Part shown: piece after piece, positions 49,308 through 58,569 of the stretch | Layout: each line of letters opens with the position of its first letter | Position numbering within the stretch: position 1 is the first letter of the stretch | Assembly: GCA_963813535.1 (NCBI GenBank) | Contig: CAWEZH010000003.1 | Coordinates: 864,001-928,000 of the forward strand | From: an uncultured Chloroflexia bacterium | Lineage (GTDB): Bacteria > Chloroflexota > Limnocylindria > Limnocylindrales > CSP1-4 | Length of the DNA: 64,000 bases | Reading direction: 5' to 3' | Made by a program: the position numbers and the translations under genes | The notes under the pieces: model-generated | What the model saw: only the letters and a program-made list of their open reading frames with translations | Database searches by the model: none | What the model was told of the DNA's origin: nothing

Positions 49308-50959
49308 TGCGCGCCTCCGCCCTCGACGACGGCAACGCCGGATTCGCGGCGACGGGCCGTCGCGACCACGATGGTCCTCCCCAGCACCAGCAGGATGACG
49401 AGACCGAGAGCGCCGACGACGACCTCCGGCCCGACCGCGATGGCCTGGCCGCCCCGAGCCGCCGCCAGCACCTCGATGACCGAGCCCTGGACAAGCGTCA
49501 ACAGCAGTCCGGGCTGGACGCCGAACACGACGATGAGGGTCGCGAGCGGCACCAGCGTGAGCAACTCGATCGGCGTGATGTCGGTCAGGCGACCGCCCAG
49601 ATCGGCCAGGAACTCGGACAGCTCACCGAAGACCACCCGCTGGTACATGAACAGCAGATAGCCAGCCGCGAGGATCATGCAGAACGTGGCGATCGCCGCC
49701 GCCGCGGGGCTCACGAGGAACGTCCCGACGAGACTCAGGAACTCGCCCACGAACCCCGACAGGCCGGGCAGGCCCGCCGACGCGAACACGAAGAAGCCCA
49801 TCACCGCGGCCCACACCGGGGTTCGCGCCGCAAGCCCACCCATCTTGGCGATCGTCCGGTCGTGGGTGCGCTCGTAGATGACCCCGACCAGCAGGAAGAG
49901 CCCGCCCGTGATGAGGCCGTGGTTGATCATCTGGAGGATGGCGCCCTGGACGCCCTGCTCGGTGAACACGAAGATGCCGAGCGTCACGAAGCCCATGTGG
50001 CTGACCGACGAGTACGCGACGAGTCGCTTCAGGTCGGGCTGGACGAGCGCCACGATCGCGCCGTAGATGATCGCGATCAGCGAGAGCACGATGATCGTCG
50101 GCGCGAACGTCACCGCCGCGTCCGGGAACAGCGGGAGCGCGAAGCGCAGGAACCCGTACGCCCCGAGCTTGAGCAGGATGCCGGCCAGGATGACCGAGCC
50201 CGCCGTCGGCGCGTCGGTGTGCGCGTCGGGCAACCAGGTATGGAACGGGAACATCGGGACCTTGATCGCGAATGCGAGGAAGAACGCCAGGAATGCCCCG
50301 ACCTGGAGCGCCGGCGCGAACCCGGCCCCCGCGGCGAAATCGCGGAGCGCCACGAAGTCGAAGGCGTTCGTCCAGGTCCCGGTCGTGGACTGGTAGGCGA
50401 ACGCCGTGGCCAGGATCGCCACCAGCATCAGCAACGACCCGACGAGCGTGTACAGCACGAACTTGATCGTCGAGTAGATGCGGTTCGCGCCACCCCAGAT
50501 CCCGATGATCAGGTACATCGGGACAAGCACGATCTCCCAGAAGATGTAGAAGAGGAACAGATCCAGGGCGAGGAAGACGCCGATCATCCCGACCTCGAGG
50601 ACGAGGAACGAGATCATGTATTCCTTGATGCGGGTCTGGATCGGGACCCACGACGCGAGGATGCAGATCCATGTCAGCGTCGTGGTCAGCACGACCAGCG
50701 CCGCCGACAGGCCGTCGGCGCCCAGCTTGTACTGGATGCCGAACACGGGGATCCAGTCGTAGGCCTCGACGAACTGGAACTGGCTGCCCGCGCGGCCCGG
50801 CAGGTAGTCGACCAGCATGACCAGCGACACGACCCAGGCCGCCAGCGCGAACCCGAGCGCCACCGGTCTCGTCCAGCGACTGGGCAGGATCGCCACGACG
50901 AGCGCGCCGATCAGCGGCAGGAAGGTGATGAGCGTCAGGATCCCGAACGGCAGGGTCAT
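49304..50959 (-). CDS. nuoM: NADH-quinone oxidoreductase subunit M
   Basis: FYIFWE, KVPMFPFHTWLPDAH, KRLVAYSSVSHMG. Confidence 0.96.
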   Translation of the reverse strand: MTLPFGILTLITFLPLIGALVVAILPSRWTRPVALGFALAAWVVSLVMLVDYLPGRAGSQFQFVEAYDWIPVFGIQYKLGADGLSAALVVLTTTLTWICILASWVPIQTRIKEYMISFLVLEVGMIGVFLALDLFLFYIFWEIVLVPMYLIIGIWGGANRIYSTIKFVLYTLVGSLLMLVAILATAFAYQSTTGTWTNAFDFVALRDFAAGAGFAPALQVGAFLAFFLAFAIKVPMFPFHTWLPDAHTDAPTAGSVILAGILLKLGAYGFLRFALPLFPDAAVTFAPTIIVLSLIAIIYGAIVALVQPDLKRLVAYSSVSHMGFVTLGIFVFTEQGVQGAILQMINHGLITGGLFLLVGVIYERTHDRTIAKMGGLAARTPVWAAVMGFFVFASAGLPGLSGFVGEFLSLVGTFLVSPAAAAIATFCMILAAGYLLFMYQRVVFGELSEFLADLGGRLTDITPIELLTLVPLATLIVVFGVQPGLLLTLVQGSVIEVLAAARGGQAIAVGPEVVVGALGLVILLVLGRTIVVATARRRESGVAVVEGGGAH

Positions 50960-52947
50960 CCGCGGTTCCCGGCGAGCAGCAGGTAGGAGCCGGCCATGAC
51001 CAGCAGACCGATGGCGATGCCAAGCGCGTAGTTCTGGACATGGCCCGTCTGGACGCGTCGGATACCGCGGCCCGCGCCGACCGTCGAGCTGCCGATGGCG
51101 TTGACGGTGCCATCGACGACCTCACGGTCGAACCACCAGATCGCCTGGGCGAGCCGTCCGCCGATGACGATGAACAGCAGGTGGTAGAGCTCGTCGAACC
51201 ACCACTTGTTGAGGGACGCGCGGTACAGGAACGCCAGACCCGGCCGCGCGCTGACTTCGCGCACGACCTCGGGCCGCGCGGGCAGGTGGATCCCGCCGAT
51301 GTCGAGGCCGAACAGCCGCCATGCGAGGACGAGGCCGATGACCGCGACGGTCACGCTGGCCAGGATCAGCCCACCGTCGACGCCGAACAGCTGGTACTCC
51401 TCGTGGGGCAGGTGGAGCAGCTCGGTCGCCTCATGGAAGACCGGCTCGAGCCACTCGTGCAGCCGGCTGTCGCCCAGCGGGGTGCCGAGCAGCAGCCCCA
51501 GGAGCACCGACGGGATAGCCAGCAGGATCAGCGGCACGGTCATGACCGCCGGCGACTCGTGGATGCGATCCCAGATCTCCTTGGGGCCGCGGAAGACGCC
51601 CCAGAACGTCAGGCCCATGAGCCGGAACATGTAGAACGCGGTCAGCAGGGCGACGAACAGGCCGATCCCCCAGACCCAGTAGAAGCCGAACTTGAACGCC
51701 TCGCCGAGGATCTCGTCCTTCGAGAAGAAGCCTGCCAGGGGCGGGATGCCCGAGATGGCGATCGAGCCGATCAGCATCGTCACGTAGGTGATCGCGATCT
51801 TCGGCGCCAGTCCACCCATCCGGCGCATGTCCTGCTCCTCGTGGACCGCGTGGATGACCGAGCCGGAACCGAGGAACAGCAGGCCCTTGAAGAAGCCGTG
51901 GGTCATGAGGTGGAAGATCGCGGCCGTGAATGCTCCGACCCCAAGGGCCGCGAACATGTACCCGAGCTGTGACAGCGTCGAGTAGGCGAGGACCCGCTTG
52001 ATGTCGGTCTGGGTCATCGCGATCGAGGCGGCCAGGATGGCCGTGAATATCCCGATCGCCGCGACCACGACCATCGCCGACGGCGCGGCCGCGAACAGCG
52101 GATTGGCGCGGGCGACCAGGTACACGCCGGCGTTGACCATCGTCGCGGCGTGGATCAGCGCCGACACCGGCGTCGGGCCTTCCATCGCATCGGGCAGCCA
52201 CACGTGGAGTGGGAACTGGGCGCTCTTGCCCATCGCCCCGGCGAACACGAGCAGGGCGACGATCGGCACGGGGATCGGGAAGGCGACGAGCGTCGGGTCG
52301 AGCATGATCTCGATCGAGTGGCGCACGTCCAGGGTCCCGGTGTTCAGGAAGATGGCCATGATGCCGAGCGCGAAGCCGACGTCACCGACGCGGTTGACGA
52401 TGAACGCCTTCTTGGCGGCAAGCGCCGCGGATCGCTTCCGGTACCAGAAGCCGATGAGCAGGTAGCTCGACAGTCCGACCAGCTCCCAGGCGACGAACAC
52501 GACCAGCCAGTTGTCGGCCAGGACGAGCAGCAGCATCGAGAACATGAACAGGTTCAGGTACGCGAAGAACCGCCAGTAGCCCGGGTCGTGGGCCATGTAC
52601 CCGATCGAATAGACGTGAACGAGCAGGCCGATCGTCGTCACGACGATCAGGAGGCAGGCCGTGAGCGGGTCGACGAACAGGCCGAGGGTCACCTGGAAGC
52701 CACCGGCCGGGATCCACGTCCACGGCCCGACGGCGTAACCGTGGAGATCCTCGGTGCCCTCGATCAGCGGGGCCGTACCGGTCAGGACGTTGACCACGGC
52801 GACCATCGCGATGATCCAGGCGATGAAGATGACGCCGACGGGGACCCAGTGGGCCTGCTTCCCGAGCCGCCGCCCGACGAGCGCGGTGAACAGGAAACCC
52901 GCCATCGGCAAGACGAGCAGCAGCGGCAGCAGCCCTTCGATCGTCAC
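50956..52947 (-). CDS. nuoL: NADH-quinone oxidoreductase subunit L
   Basis: GKSAQFPLHVWLPDAMEGPTPVSALIHAATMV. Confidence 0.97.
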   Translation of the reverse strand: MTIEGLLPLLLVLPMAGFLFTALVGRRLGKQAHWVPVGVIFIAWIIAMVAVVNVLTGTAPLIEGTEDLHGYAVGPWTWIPAGGFQVTLGLFVDPLTACLLIVVTTIGLLVHVYSIGYMAHDPGYWRFFAYLNLFMFSMLLLVLADNWLVVFVAWELVGLSSYLLIGFWYRKRSAALAAKKAFIVNRVGDVGFALGIMAIFLNTGTLDVRHSIEIMLDPTLVAFPIPVPIVALLVFAGAMGKSAQFPLHVWLPDAMEGPTPVSALIHAATMVNAGVYLVARANPLFAAAPSAMVVVAAIGIFTAILAASIAMTQTDIKRVLAYSTLSQLGYMFAALGVGAFTAAIFHLMTHGFFKGLLFLGSGSVIHAVHEEQDMRRMGGLAPKIAITYVTMLIGSIAISGIPPLAGFFSKDEILGEAFKFGFYWVWGIGLFVALLTAFYMFRLMGLTFWGVFRGPKEIWDRIHESPAVMTVPLILLAIPSVLLGLLLGTPLGDSRLHEWLEPVFHEATELLHLPHEEYQLFGVDGGLILASVTVAVIGLVLAWRLFGLDIGGIHLPARPEVVREVSARPGLAFLYRASLNKWWFDELYHLLFIVIGGRLAQAIWWFDREVVDGTVNAIGSSTVGAGRGIRRVQTGHVQNYALGIAIGLLVMAGSYLLLAGNRG

Positions 52948-53035
52948 GCCGAACGACCCTGCACGCCGCCCGAACTACCCTGCGTGCTGGCGGACGGCCG
53001 TTCGGCGGCACGCCTTTCTGACCACAGCGGCTCGT

Positions 53036-53353
53036 TCACTGGCGCATCGAGTCGTATTCGTCGACTAGCGGGGTCTTCTTGTTGCGATAGATCGCGATGA
53101 CGATCGCCAGGCCGACGGTCGCCTCGGCGGCTGCGACGGCCATGACCATCAGCGCGAAGACCGCGCCCTGGGCTGTCGCGTCGGCGCGTGGCCCGAACAA
53201 TCCGAACGCCACGATGCTCAGGTTGACCGCGTTCAGCATCAGCTCGATCGACATGAGCATGCTGATGGCGTTGCGCCGCGCCAGGAACCCGAACGAGCCG
53301 ATGGCGAACAGGATCCCGGACAGGATCAGGTAGGTGTCGAGACTGTCGCTCAC
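53036..53353 (-). CDS. nuoK: NADH-quinone oxidoreductase subunit K
   Basis: [22 protein letters not shown]. Confidence 0.96.
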   Translation of the reverse strand: MSDSLDTYLILSGILFAIGSFGFLARRNAISMLMSIELMLNAVNLSIVAFGLFGPRADATAQGAVFALMVMAVAAAEATVGLAIVIAIYRNKKTPLVDEYDSMRQ

Positions 53354-53943
53354 GACGGCCCGCCAGGCTCGCGCTTCGCCAGGAAGATGCCGCCGATCAC
53401 CGCGGCGAGTAGCAGCACGCTCACGATCTCGAACGGGAACACGAACTGCTGGAACAGGACGCGCGACATGATCGACGTGCCGAGTCGAGCGTGGCGCGCG
53501 GCCTCACCCCAATCGGTCGCGCTGACCGCCAGGGCGATGACCACGGCGATGACGATCGCCGCGATCGATGCGGGCCCGGCCTGGGTCTGGAACACCAGCC
53601 GGCTCGGGGCGTCCTTCGTCTGCGTGAGCATGATCGCGAACAGGATCAGGACACTGATCGCGCCGATATAGATGATGACCTGGGCCGCGCCGAGGAGCGC
53701 GACGCCCATCAGGACGTAGATCCCGGCCAGGGCCATGAAGCAGACGATCATCGCCAGACCGCAGCGGATGATGTCGCGCATCGTCACGACCAGCAGACCG
53801 CTGAAGATCATCACCGCCGCCAGGATCCAGAGCAGGACGTCCTCCCAGTCCTGGTGTAGGGCGATGAGCATCAAGGCGGCGACCCCGAAGACCGCGCCCA
53901 TGAGCAGGAGCGCGAGGATGATCTGGGGGAGCTTCGCGAGCAC
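53350..53943 (-). CDS. nuoJ: NADH-quinone oxidoreductase subunit J
   Basis: [31 protein letters not shown]. Confidence 0.94.
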   Translation of the reverse strand: MLAKLPQIILALLLMGAVFGVAALMLIALHQDWEDVLLWILAAVMIFSGLLVVTMRDIIRCGLAMIVCFMALAGIYVLMGVALLGAAQVIIYIGAISVLILFAIMLTQTKDAPSRLVFQTQAGPASIAAIVIAVVIALAVSATDWGEAARHARLGTSIMSRVLFQQFVFPFEIVSVLLLAAVIGGIFLAKREPGGPS

Positions 53944-53945
53944 GG

Positions 53946-56900
53946 CTACTCGTGATGGCCGGGCCCGAGCGCGGCGACCGCGCCGTGCCCGTCATGGCCG
54001 TGTCCGTCGTGGCCATTGCCGTTCGGGCGGCCCGGCGGGAGCCCAGTTATCGTCGGTGGGAGGACCGGCAAAAGGCGAGCCGGGTCGTATACCCGGCCCT
54101 CGGCCTGCGCCCTGCTCAGCCAGTCGCGTTCGCGGCGGATATAGGTGACCTCGGTCTCCTTGTCGATCTCGGCGAGGGCTATCAGGTCGATGATCGGCTC
54201 GGACCGGCCGGTGTGGGCGAGCTCGAAGTCGGCGCCGTCGCGCAGGGCGTCGTACGGGCACGCATCCACGCAGATCCCGCAGAGGATGCAGCGGCTCTCA
54301 TCGACCTCGTACTTCTCGAGGATGCGCGGCTTCGGCATCAGCGCGCCGGTCGGACACGTCTCCGCGCAACGCCCGCACGACACGCACGGTGTGTCGTTGA
54401 GGCTCATGTCGAGCGGGGTCGTGACCAGCGTGTCGAAGCCGATCCGCATGAAGTCGTAGCACGCGGCGCCGACGACCTCTGCGCACACGTTGGCGCAGCG
54501 CCCGCAGTCGATGCAGCGCGACGGCTCGCGCAGGATGAAGGCGTGGGAGTCGTCGCGGATGTAGTCGTGGTTGATGCCGGTGAACCGGTTCTCGGTGACC
54601 GAGCGGTAGCCGGCCCCCTGGTGGTGCTGCGGCTCGAGCGTGGCAAGCGTCGTCGAGTACTCGATGCCAAGGCGTCGGAGGTCGCAGAAGCCGATGGCCT
54701 CGCAGGTGCACTGCAGGCAGCGGGTCGACTCGGCCATCGCGGCTTCGCGGGTGTACGGGAGCTCGTATTCGATGTAGCTGTGATTGCGCTCCTCGGCCGG
54801 TAGTGGCGTCAGCCGATAGCGGGGTTCCTTGATCTCCGCGGTGAACGGCACGATCGACAGGAACTCGGGCTGCGGCTCGGCGAGCGTCTGGCGGGTCCTG
54901 ATCGCGTCCAGGTCCATGCCCTTGAGGTAGGCGTCGACGGCGTACGCCGCGCGGCGGCCCTCGGCCACGGCCTCGACCACGGTCGCGGCGCCGATGCGGA
55001 CGTCGCCCGTACCGAAGACGCCGGGCCGACCGGTCGAGAACGTGACGGCGTCGGCCTTGAGCCGACAATTCTTGGTCGGCTCGACACCCTCGTTACCCGG
55101 CGCGCCGACCCAGTCGAGCTCCGGGCCCTGGCCGATGGCAAGCAGCACGCGATCGCAGGGGATCGTGAACTCGGTGCCCGACGCAGGCTCGGGTCGCCGC
55201 CGGCCGGACGCGTCCGGTTCGCCGAGCTGCATCCGGATGAACTCGACACCCGTGACCTTGCCCGTCTTCTCGTCGACCAGGACCCTCGTGGGACCGGCCT
55301 GGAAGATCGCCGTCACGCCCTCCTCGATCGCCTCGTGCACCTCGTCGGCCGCCGGCATGTCCTTCATGTCGCGCCGATAGACGAGGGTCACCTCGCTGGC
55401 GCCCTGGCGGACCGACGTCCGCGAGCAGTCCATCGAGGTGAACCCGCCGCCGATGACCACGACGCGCTTCCCGGCGTGGCCCGGATAGGGCAAGCCGAGC
55501 GTGGCCGTGCGCAGGTACTCGAGACCGTCGATGACGCCGTCGGCGTCCTCGTTCGGGATGCCGAGCTCATTGGTGTCGTAGCAGCCGATCGCGATGACGA
55601 CCGAATCGAAGCCCTGGTTGGTCAGGTCGTCGAGCGTGAAATCGCGACCCAGACCGGCGTCACACACCATCTTCGCGCCGAGCCGGACGACCGACTCGTA
55701 TTCCGCCTCGAGCACCTCGACCTTCGGCAGCCGGTACTGGGGGATGCCGTAGCGGAGCATGCCGCCCGGCGCCGGGTCACGCTCGAAGACGGTGACCTCG
55801 TGGCCGGCGATGAGCAGGTAGTAGGCGGCGGCCATGCCGGCCGGTCCGGAACCGATGACCGCGGCCCGCCGGCCGGAGCCGACCTGCTGCTCGAACGGGA
55901 CCGGCGGATCGACGCCGTCGTCGAGCATCGACTTGAGGACCTGGTCGCCGGCATAGCGGTGCGTGTCGCGGATGGCGATCGCCTCGTCGACCTCGTCGCG
56001 CCGGCAGTGCTCCTCGCACGGCGCCGGGCAGACCCGCCCGAGGACCGACGGGAACGGGATCGTCCGCTTGAAGATCCGTGTGCTCTCGCGCCAGTTCCCC
56101 TCGGCGTTGGCCTTGAGGAAGCCCGGGATATCGATGTGACTCGGGCACTTGTTCTGGCACGGCGGGAGGCAGTACGCGTTGTGGTCCGAGAAGATCAGCT
56201 CGAGGTTGGTGCGCCGCAGCCGACGGACCTCCTCGGTCTGGGTCTGGACCTTCATCCCGTCCTCGCAGGAGCGCGAGCACGAGATCGGCGGGTGCTCCTC
56301 GCCCTCGACCTCGACGACGCACATCCGGCACGCGCCGAAGCCCGGCAGCTTCGGCTCGTAACACAGGGTCGGGATCTCGATGCCGTTGTCGCGGCAGACC
56401 TCGAGGATCGTCTGACCCTCGAAGCCCTCGACGACGCGGCCATCGACCTCGATCCGGATGCGCGGCGTCGACTGTGGTCGCTGCGGCGACTGCGTGTCGA
56501 GCAGGCGTTCCGCGAGCGATGCGCGGGTCGTCGCCGGTGTCGATGCCTCGATCTCGGCGGGTCGGCCCTCGGGGCGGGCGAGGGTATCGGTCATCGAGGC
56601 GGCCTCGGGGGCGACCGGTGTGGGTCGGCTGGCAGGGTCGAAGGCGGACTCGAAGTATCGCATCCCACTCGTGAGCGGGAGCGTCGCCAGCCGCTCGTGG
56701 TCGCATAGCGCCGACGCGACGATGTCGTGGCTGAGGTCCGCGGCGAGCTGGCCGTCGGCCGGCCGGAGCAGACCGGCTTCGCGCCGATCGACGATCTCGG
56801 CGAGTCGCTTGGTCCCGATCCGACACGGGATCGACTTGCCGCACGCCTCGTTCGCGCAGAACCGGGTCAGCACCCCGACGAGCTCGAGGAGGTCTGTGCG

Positions 56901-57887
56901 GTCGTCGACGACCACGAGCGACCCGGATCCGAGATGGGCACCGGCCGAGCGCAGGCTGTCGAACTCATACGGCGTGTCGAGGGCATCGGGTGGCAACAGC
57001 CCGCCCGATGGCCCGCCGATGAGCACCGCCTGCATCGAGCGCCCGTCCGGCAGCTTCCCGCCGAGCTTGAGCACCTCGCGCAGCGGCGTGCCGAGCGGGA
57101 CCTCGGCCACGCCGTCCTTGCCCGGCGTGCGGATCTGGACCAGCACCGTGCCGGGCGCGTGGGTCGAGCCGGTGGCGCGGAACGCGTCGGGTCCCTGCCG
57201 CAGGATCCACGGCACGGCGGCGAGGGTCTGGACGTTGTTGACGACGGTCGGTCGATCGAACAGGCCGACCTCGGCCGGGTGCGGCGGTCGCTGCTCGGGC
57301 TGGCCCCGCTTGCCCTCGAGCGCCTTCAGGAGGACCGTCTCCTCGCCGAGCATGTAGGCGCCCTGCACGGGGCGGACCGAGAGCCACAGCTCTCGGCCGG
57401 AGGCGAGGATGTCATCGCCGAGGAACCCGGCGTCGGTGGCGTGGCCGATGGCGGTCGAGAGGGCGGCGATGACCTCGGCATCCTCACCGCGGACGGCGAT
57501 GAAGGCTTCTGTCGCGCCGATCGCGGTGGCGGCGATGGCCGTGCCCTCGATGACGGCGTACGGGTCCCGGAGCATCAGGGCACGGTCCGTGTGCGAGGCG
57601 GGATCGGCGCCGTAGCCGTTGGCGACGACGTAGCGCCTGTCCGCCTCGGTCGAGGCGGCCGTCCGCCACTTGTCGCCGGTCGGATAGCCGGCACCACCGC
57701 GACCGCGAAGTCCGGACGCGCTGATGACCGCGATGGTCCCTGCGCCGCCGAGGTCCCGCACGGCCCGTTGGAGCCCCTCGAAGGCGCCATCGGCGACGGC
57801 GGCATCGAGATCCGTGGGGTCCCTGACGTCGGCCCTCGCCAGCAGGATGCGCGGCCAGGCGGCCGGCGTCCGCAGGATCGTCACCAT
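53946..57887 (-). CDS. Fusion: NuoF-like, NuoG N-terminal FeS with inserted GltD/NfnB FAD domain, 2[4Fe-4S], C-terminal half of NuoI (possibly two genes split at ATG 56594)
   Basis: GLRGRGGAG, GEET; CYEP…GACRMC; PCQNKCP, GSGPAG, LRYGIP, GGGFTSMD, VYRR; CIDCGRC, CVSCGRC; YEVDESRCILCGICVDACPYDAL…DFEL. Confidence 0.85.
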   Translation of the reverse strand: MVTILRTPAAWPRILLARADVRDPTDLDAAVADGAFEGLQRAVRDLGGAGTIAVISASGLRGRGGAGYPTGDKWRTAASTEADRRYVVANGYGADPASHTDRALMLRDPYAVIEGTAIAATAIGATEAFIAVRGEDAEVIAALSTAIGHATDAGFLGDDILASGRELWLSVRPVQGAYMLGEETVLLKALEGKRGQPEQRPPHPAEVGLFDRPTVVNNVQTLAAVPWILRQGPDAFRATGSTHAPGTVLVQIRTPGKDGVAEVPLGTPLREVLKLGGKLPDGRSMQAVLIGGPSGGLLPPDALDTPYEFDSLRSAGAHLGSGSLVVVDDRTDLLELVGVLTRFCANEACGKSIPCRIGTKRLAEIVDRREAGLLRPADGQLAADLSHDIVASALCDHERLATLPLTSGMRYFESAFDPASRPTPVAPEAASMTDTLARPEGRPAEIEASTPATTRASLAERLLDTQSPQRPQSTPRIRIEVDGRVVEGFEGQTILEVCRDNGIEIPTLCYEPKLPGFGACRMCVVEVEGEEHPPISCSRSCEDGMKVQTQTEEVRRLRRTNLELIFSDHNAYCLPPCQNKCPSHIDIPGFLKANAEGNWRESTRIFKRTIPFPSVLGRVCPAPCEEHCRRDEVDEAIAIRDTHRYAGDQVLKSMLDDGVDPPVPFEQQVGSGRRAAVIGSGPAGMAAAYYLLIAGHEVTVFERDPAPGGMLRYGIPQYRLPKVEVLEAEYESVVRLGAKMVCDAGLGRDFTLDDLTNQGFDSVVIAIGCYDTNELGIPNEDADGVIDGLEYLRTATLGLPYPGHAGKRVVVIGGGFTSMDCSRTSVRQGASEVTLVYRRDMKDMPAADEVHEAIEEGVTAIFQAGPTRVLVDEKTGKVTGVEFIRMQLGEPDASGRRRPEPASGTEFTIPCDRVLLAIGQGPELDWVGAPGNEGVEPTKNCRLKADAVTFSTGRPGVFGTGDVRIGAATVVEAVAEGRRAAYAVDAYLKGMDLDAIRTRQTLAEPQPEFLSIVPFTAEIKEPRYRLTPLPAEERNHSYIEYELPYTREAAMAESTRCLQCTCEAIGFCDLRRLGIEYSTTLATLEPQHHQGAGYRSVTENRFTGINHDYIRDDSHAFILREPSRCIDCGRCANVCAEVVGAACYDFMRIGFDTLVTTPLDMSLNDTPCVSCGRCAETCPTGALMPKPRILEKYEVDESRCILCGICVDACPYDALRDGADFELAHTGRSEPIIDLIALAEIDKETEVTYIRRERDWLSRAQAEGRVYDPARLLPVLPPTITGLPPGRPNGNGHDGHGHDGHGAVAALGPGHHE

Positions 57888-57888
57888 G

Positions 57889-58566
57889 TCAGGCGCGGGC
57901 CGGCGCGCCCGGGCGACCGCCTCCCTCGAGCGCGGCGCCGAGCGCCTCCACGTAACTCGATTCCGATGGCCGGTGCCGCTCGACCGCGGCGGCCTGGTCG
58001 GTGGCCGTCGGCGGCTCGAAGCGCAAGTGCGCGTAGTAGGTCGCCGTCCCGTAGATCATCGCGTACCACGCACCCGTGGCGTGACTGATGCGCTTGAGCG
58101 CCGCGACCGGCAGGTAGCCGTACGCCGTCTGGGTCGCCTCGAGGATCTCCAGCATGCGCGCGGGGTCGTGGTCGAAGTCCACGAGGATCCGGTCCACCTC
58201 GGCCATGTCGATCGGGTGGTACGGGCTGAATGCCGGGTCGGGTACCGGTCGGCCCGATCGGCGCAGGGCCAATTCCTCGCGCCGCTCGCCATACGTCTCG
58301 GGGGCGCCCCAGTGGACGTGGTAGCGGCCGCGGGTATCGATGCCGCCCATGTCGATGCACTCGATCGGGCAGGCCTGGGCGCACTGGAAACACGTCTCGC
58401 ATTTGAGCGTGCCCCATTCGTCGTAGAGCAGCTGGAGCCGCCCGCGGAACTTGCTCGCGACCTCGGCGGGCACCTCCGGGTACATCACGGTGGCCTTGGG
58501 CTCGAAGAAGCGCCGAAGCGTCAGCGCCATGCCCTTGGCGATGCCGAGACCGGGGATGAAGGTCAT
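57889..58566 (-). CDS. Fusion of NuoI N-terminal half and NuoE N-terminal helical domain (no 2Fe-2S domain)
   Basis: GMALTLRRFF…TVMYPE…FRGR…KCETCFQCAQACP, then ILEATQTAYGYLP…IYGTATYY. Confidence 0.85.
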   Translation of the reverse strand: MTFIPGLGIAKGMALTLRRFFEPKATVMYPEVPAEVASKFRGRLQLLYDEWGTLKCETCFQCAQACPIECIDMGGIDTRGRYHVHWGAPETYGERREELALRRSGRPVPDPAFSPYHPIDMAEVDRILVDFDHDPARMLEILEATQTAYGYLPVAALKRISHATGAWYAMIYGTATYYAHLRFEPPTATDQAAAVERHRPSESSYVEALGAALEGGGRPGAPARA

Positions 58567-58569
58567 CGC

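Noticed and set aside
47811-52947. 2M-type complex I known from some Chloroflexota
   Set aside because: Only one nuoM is present.
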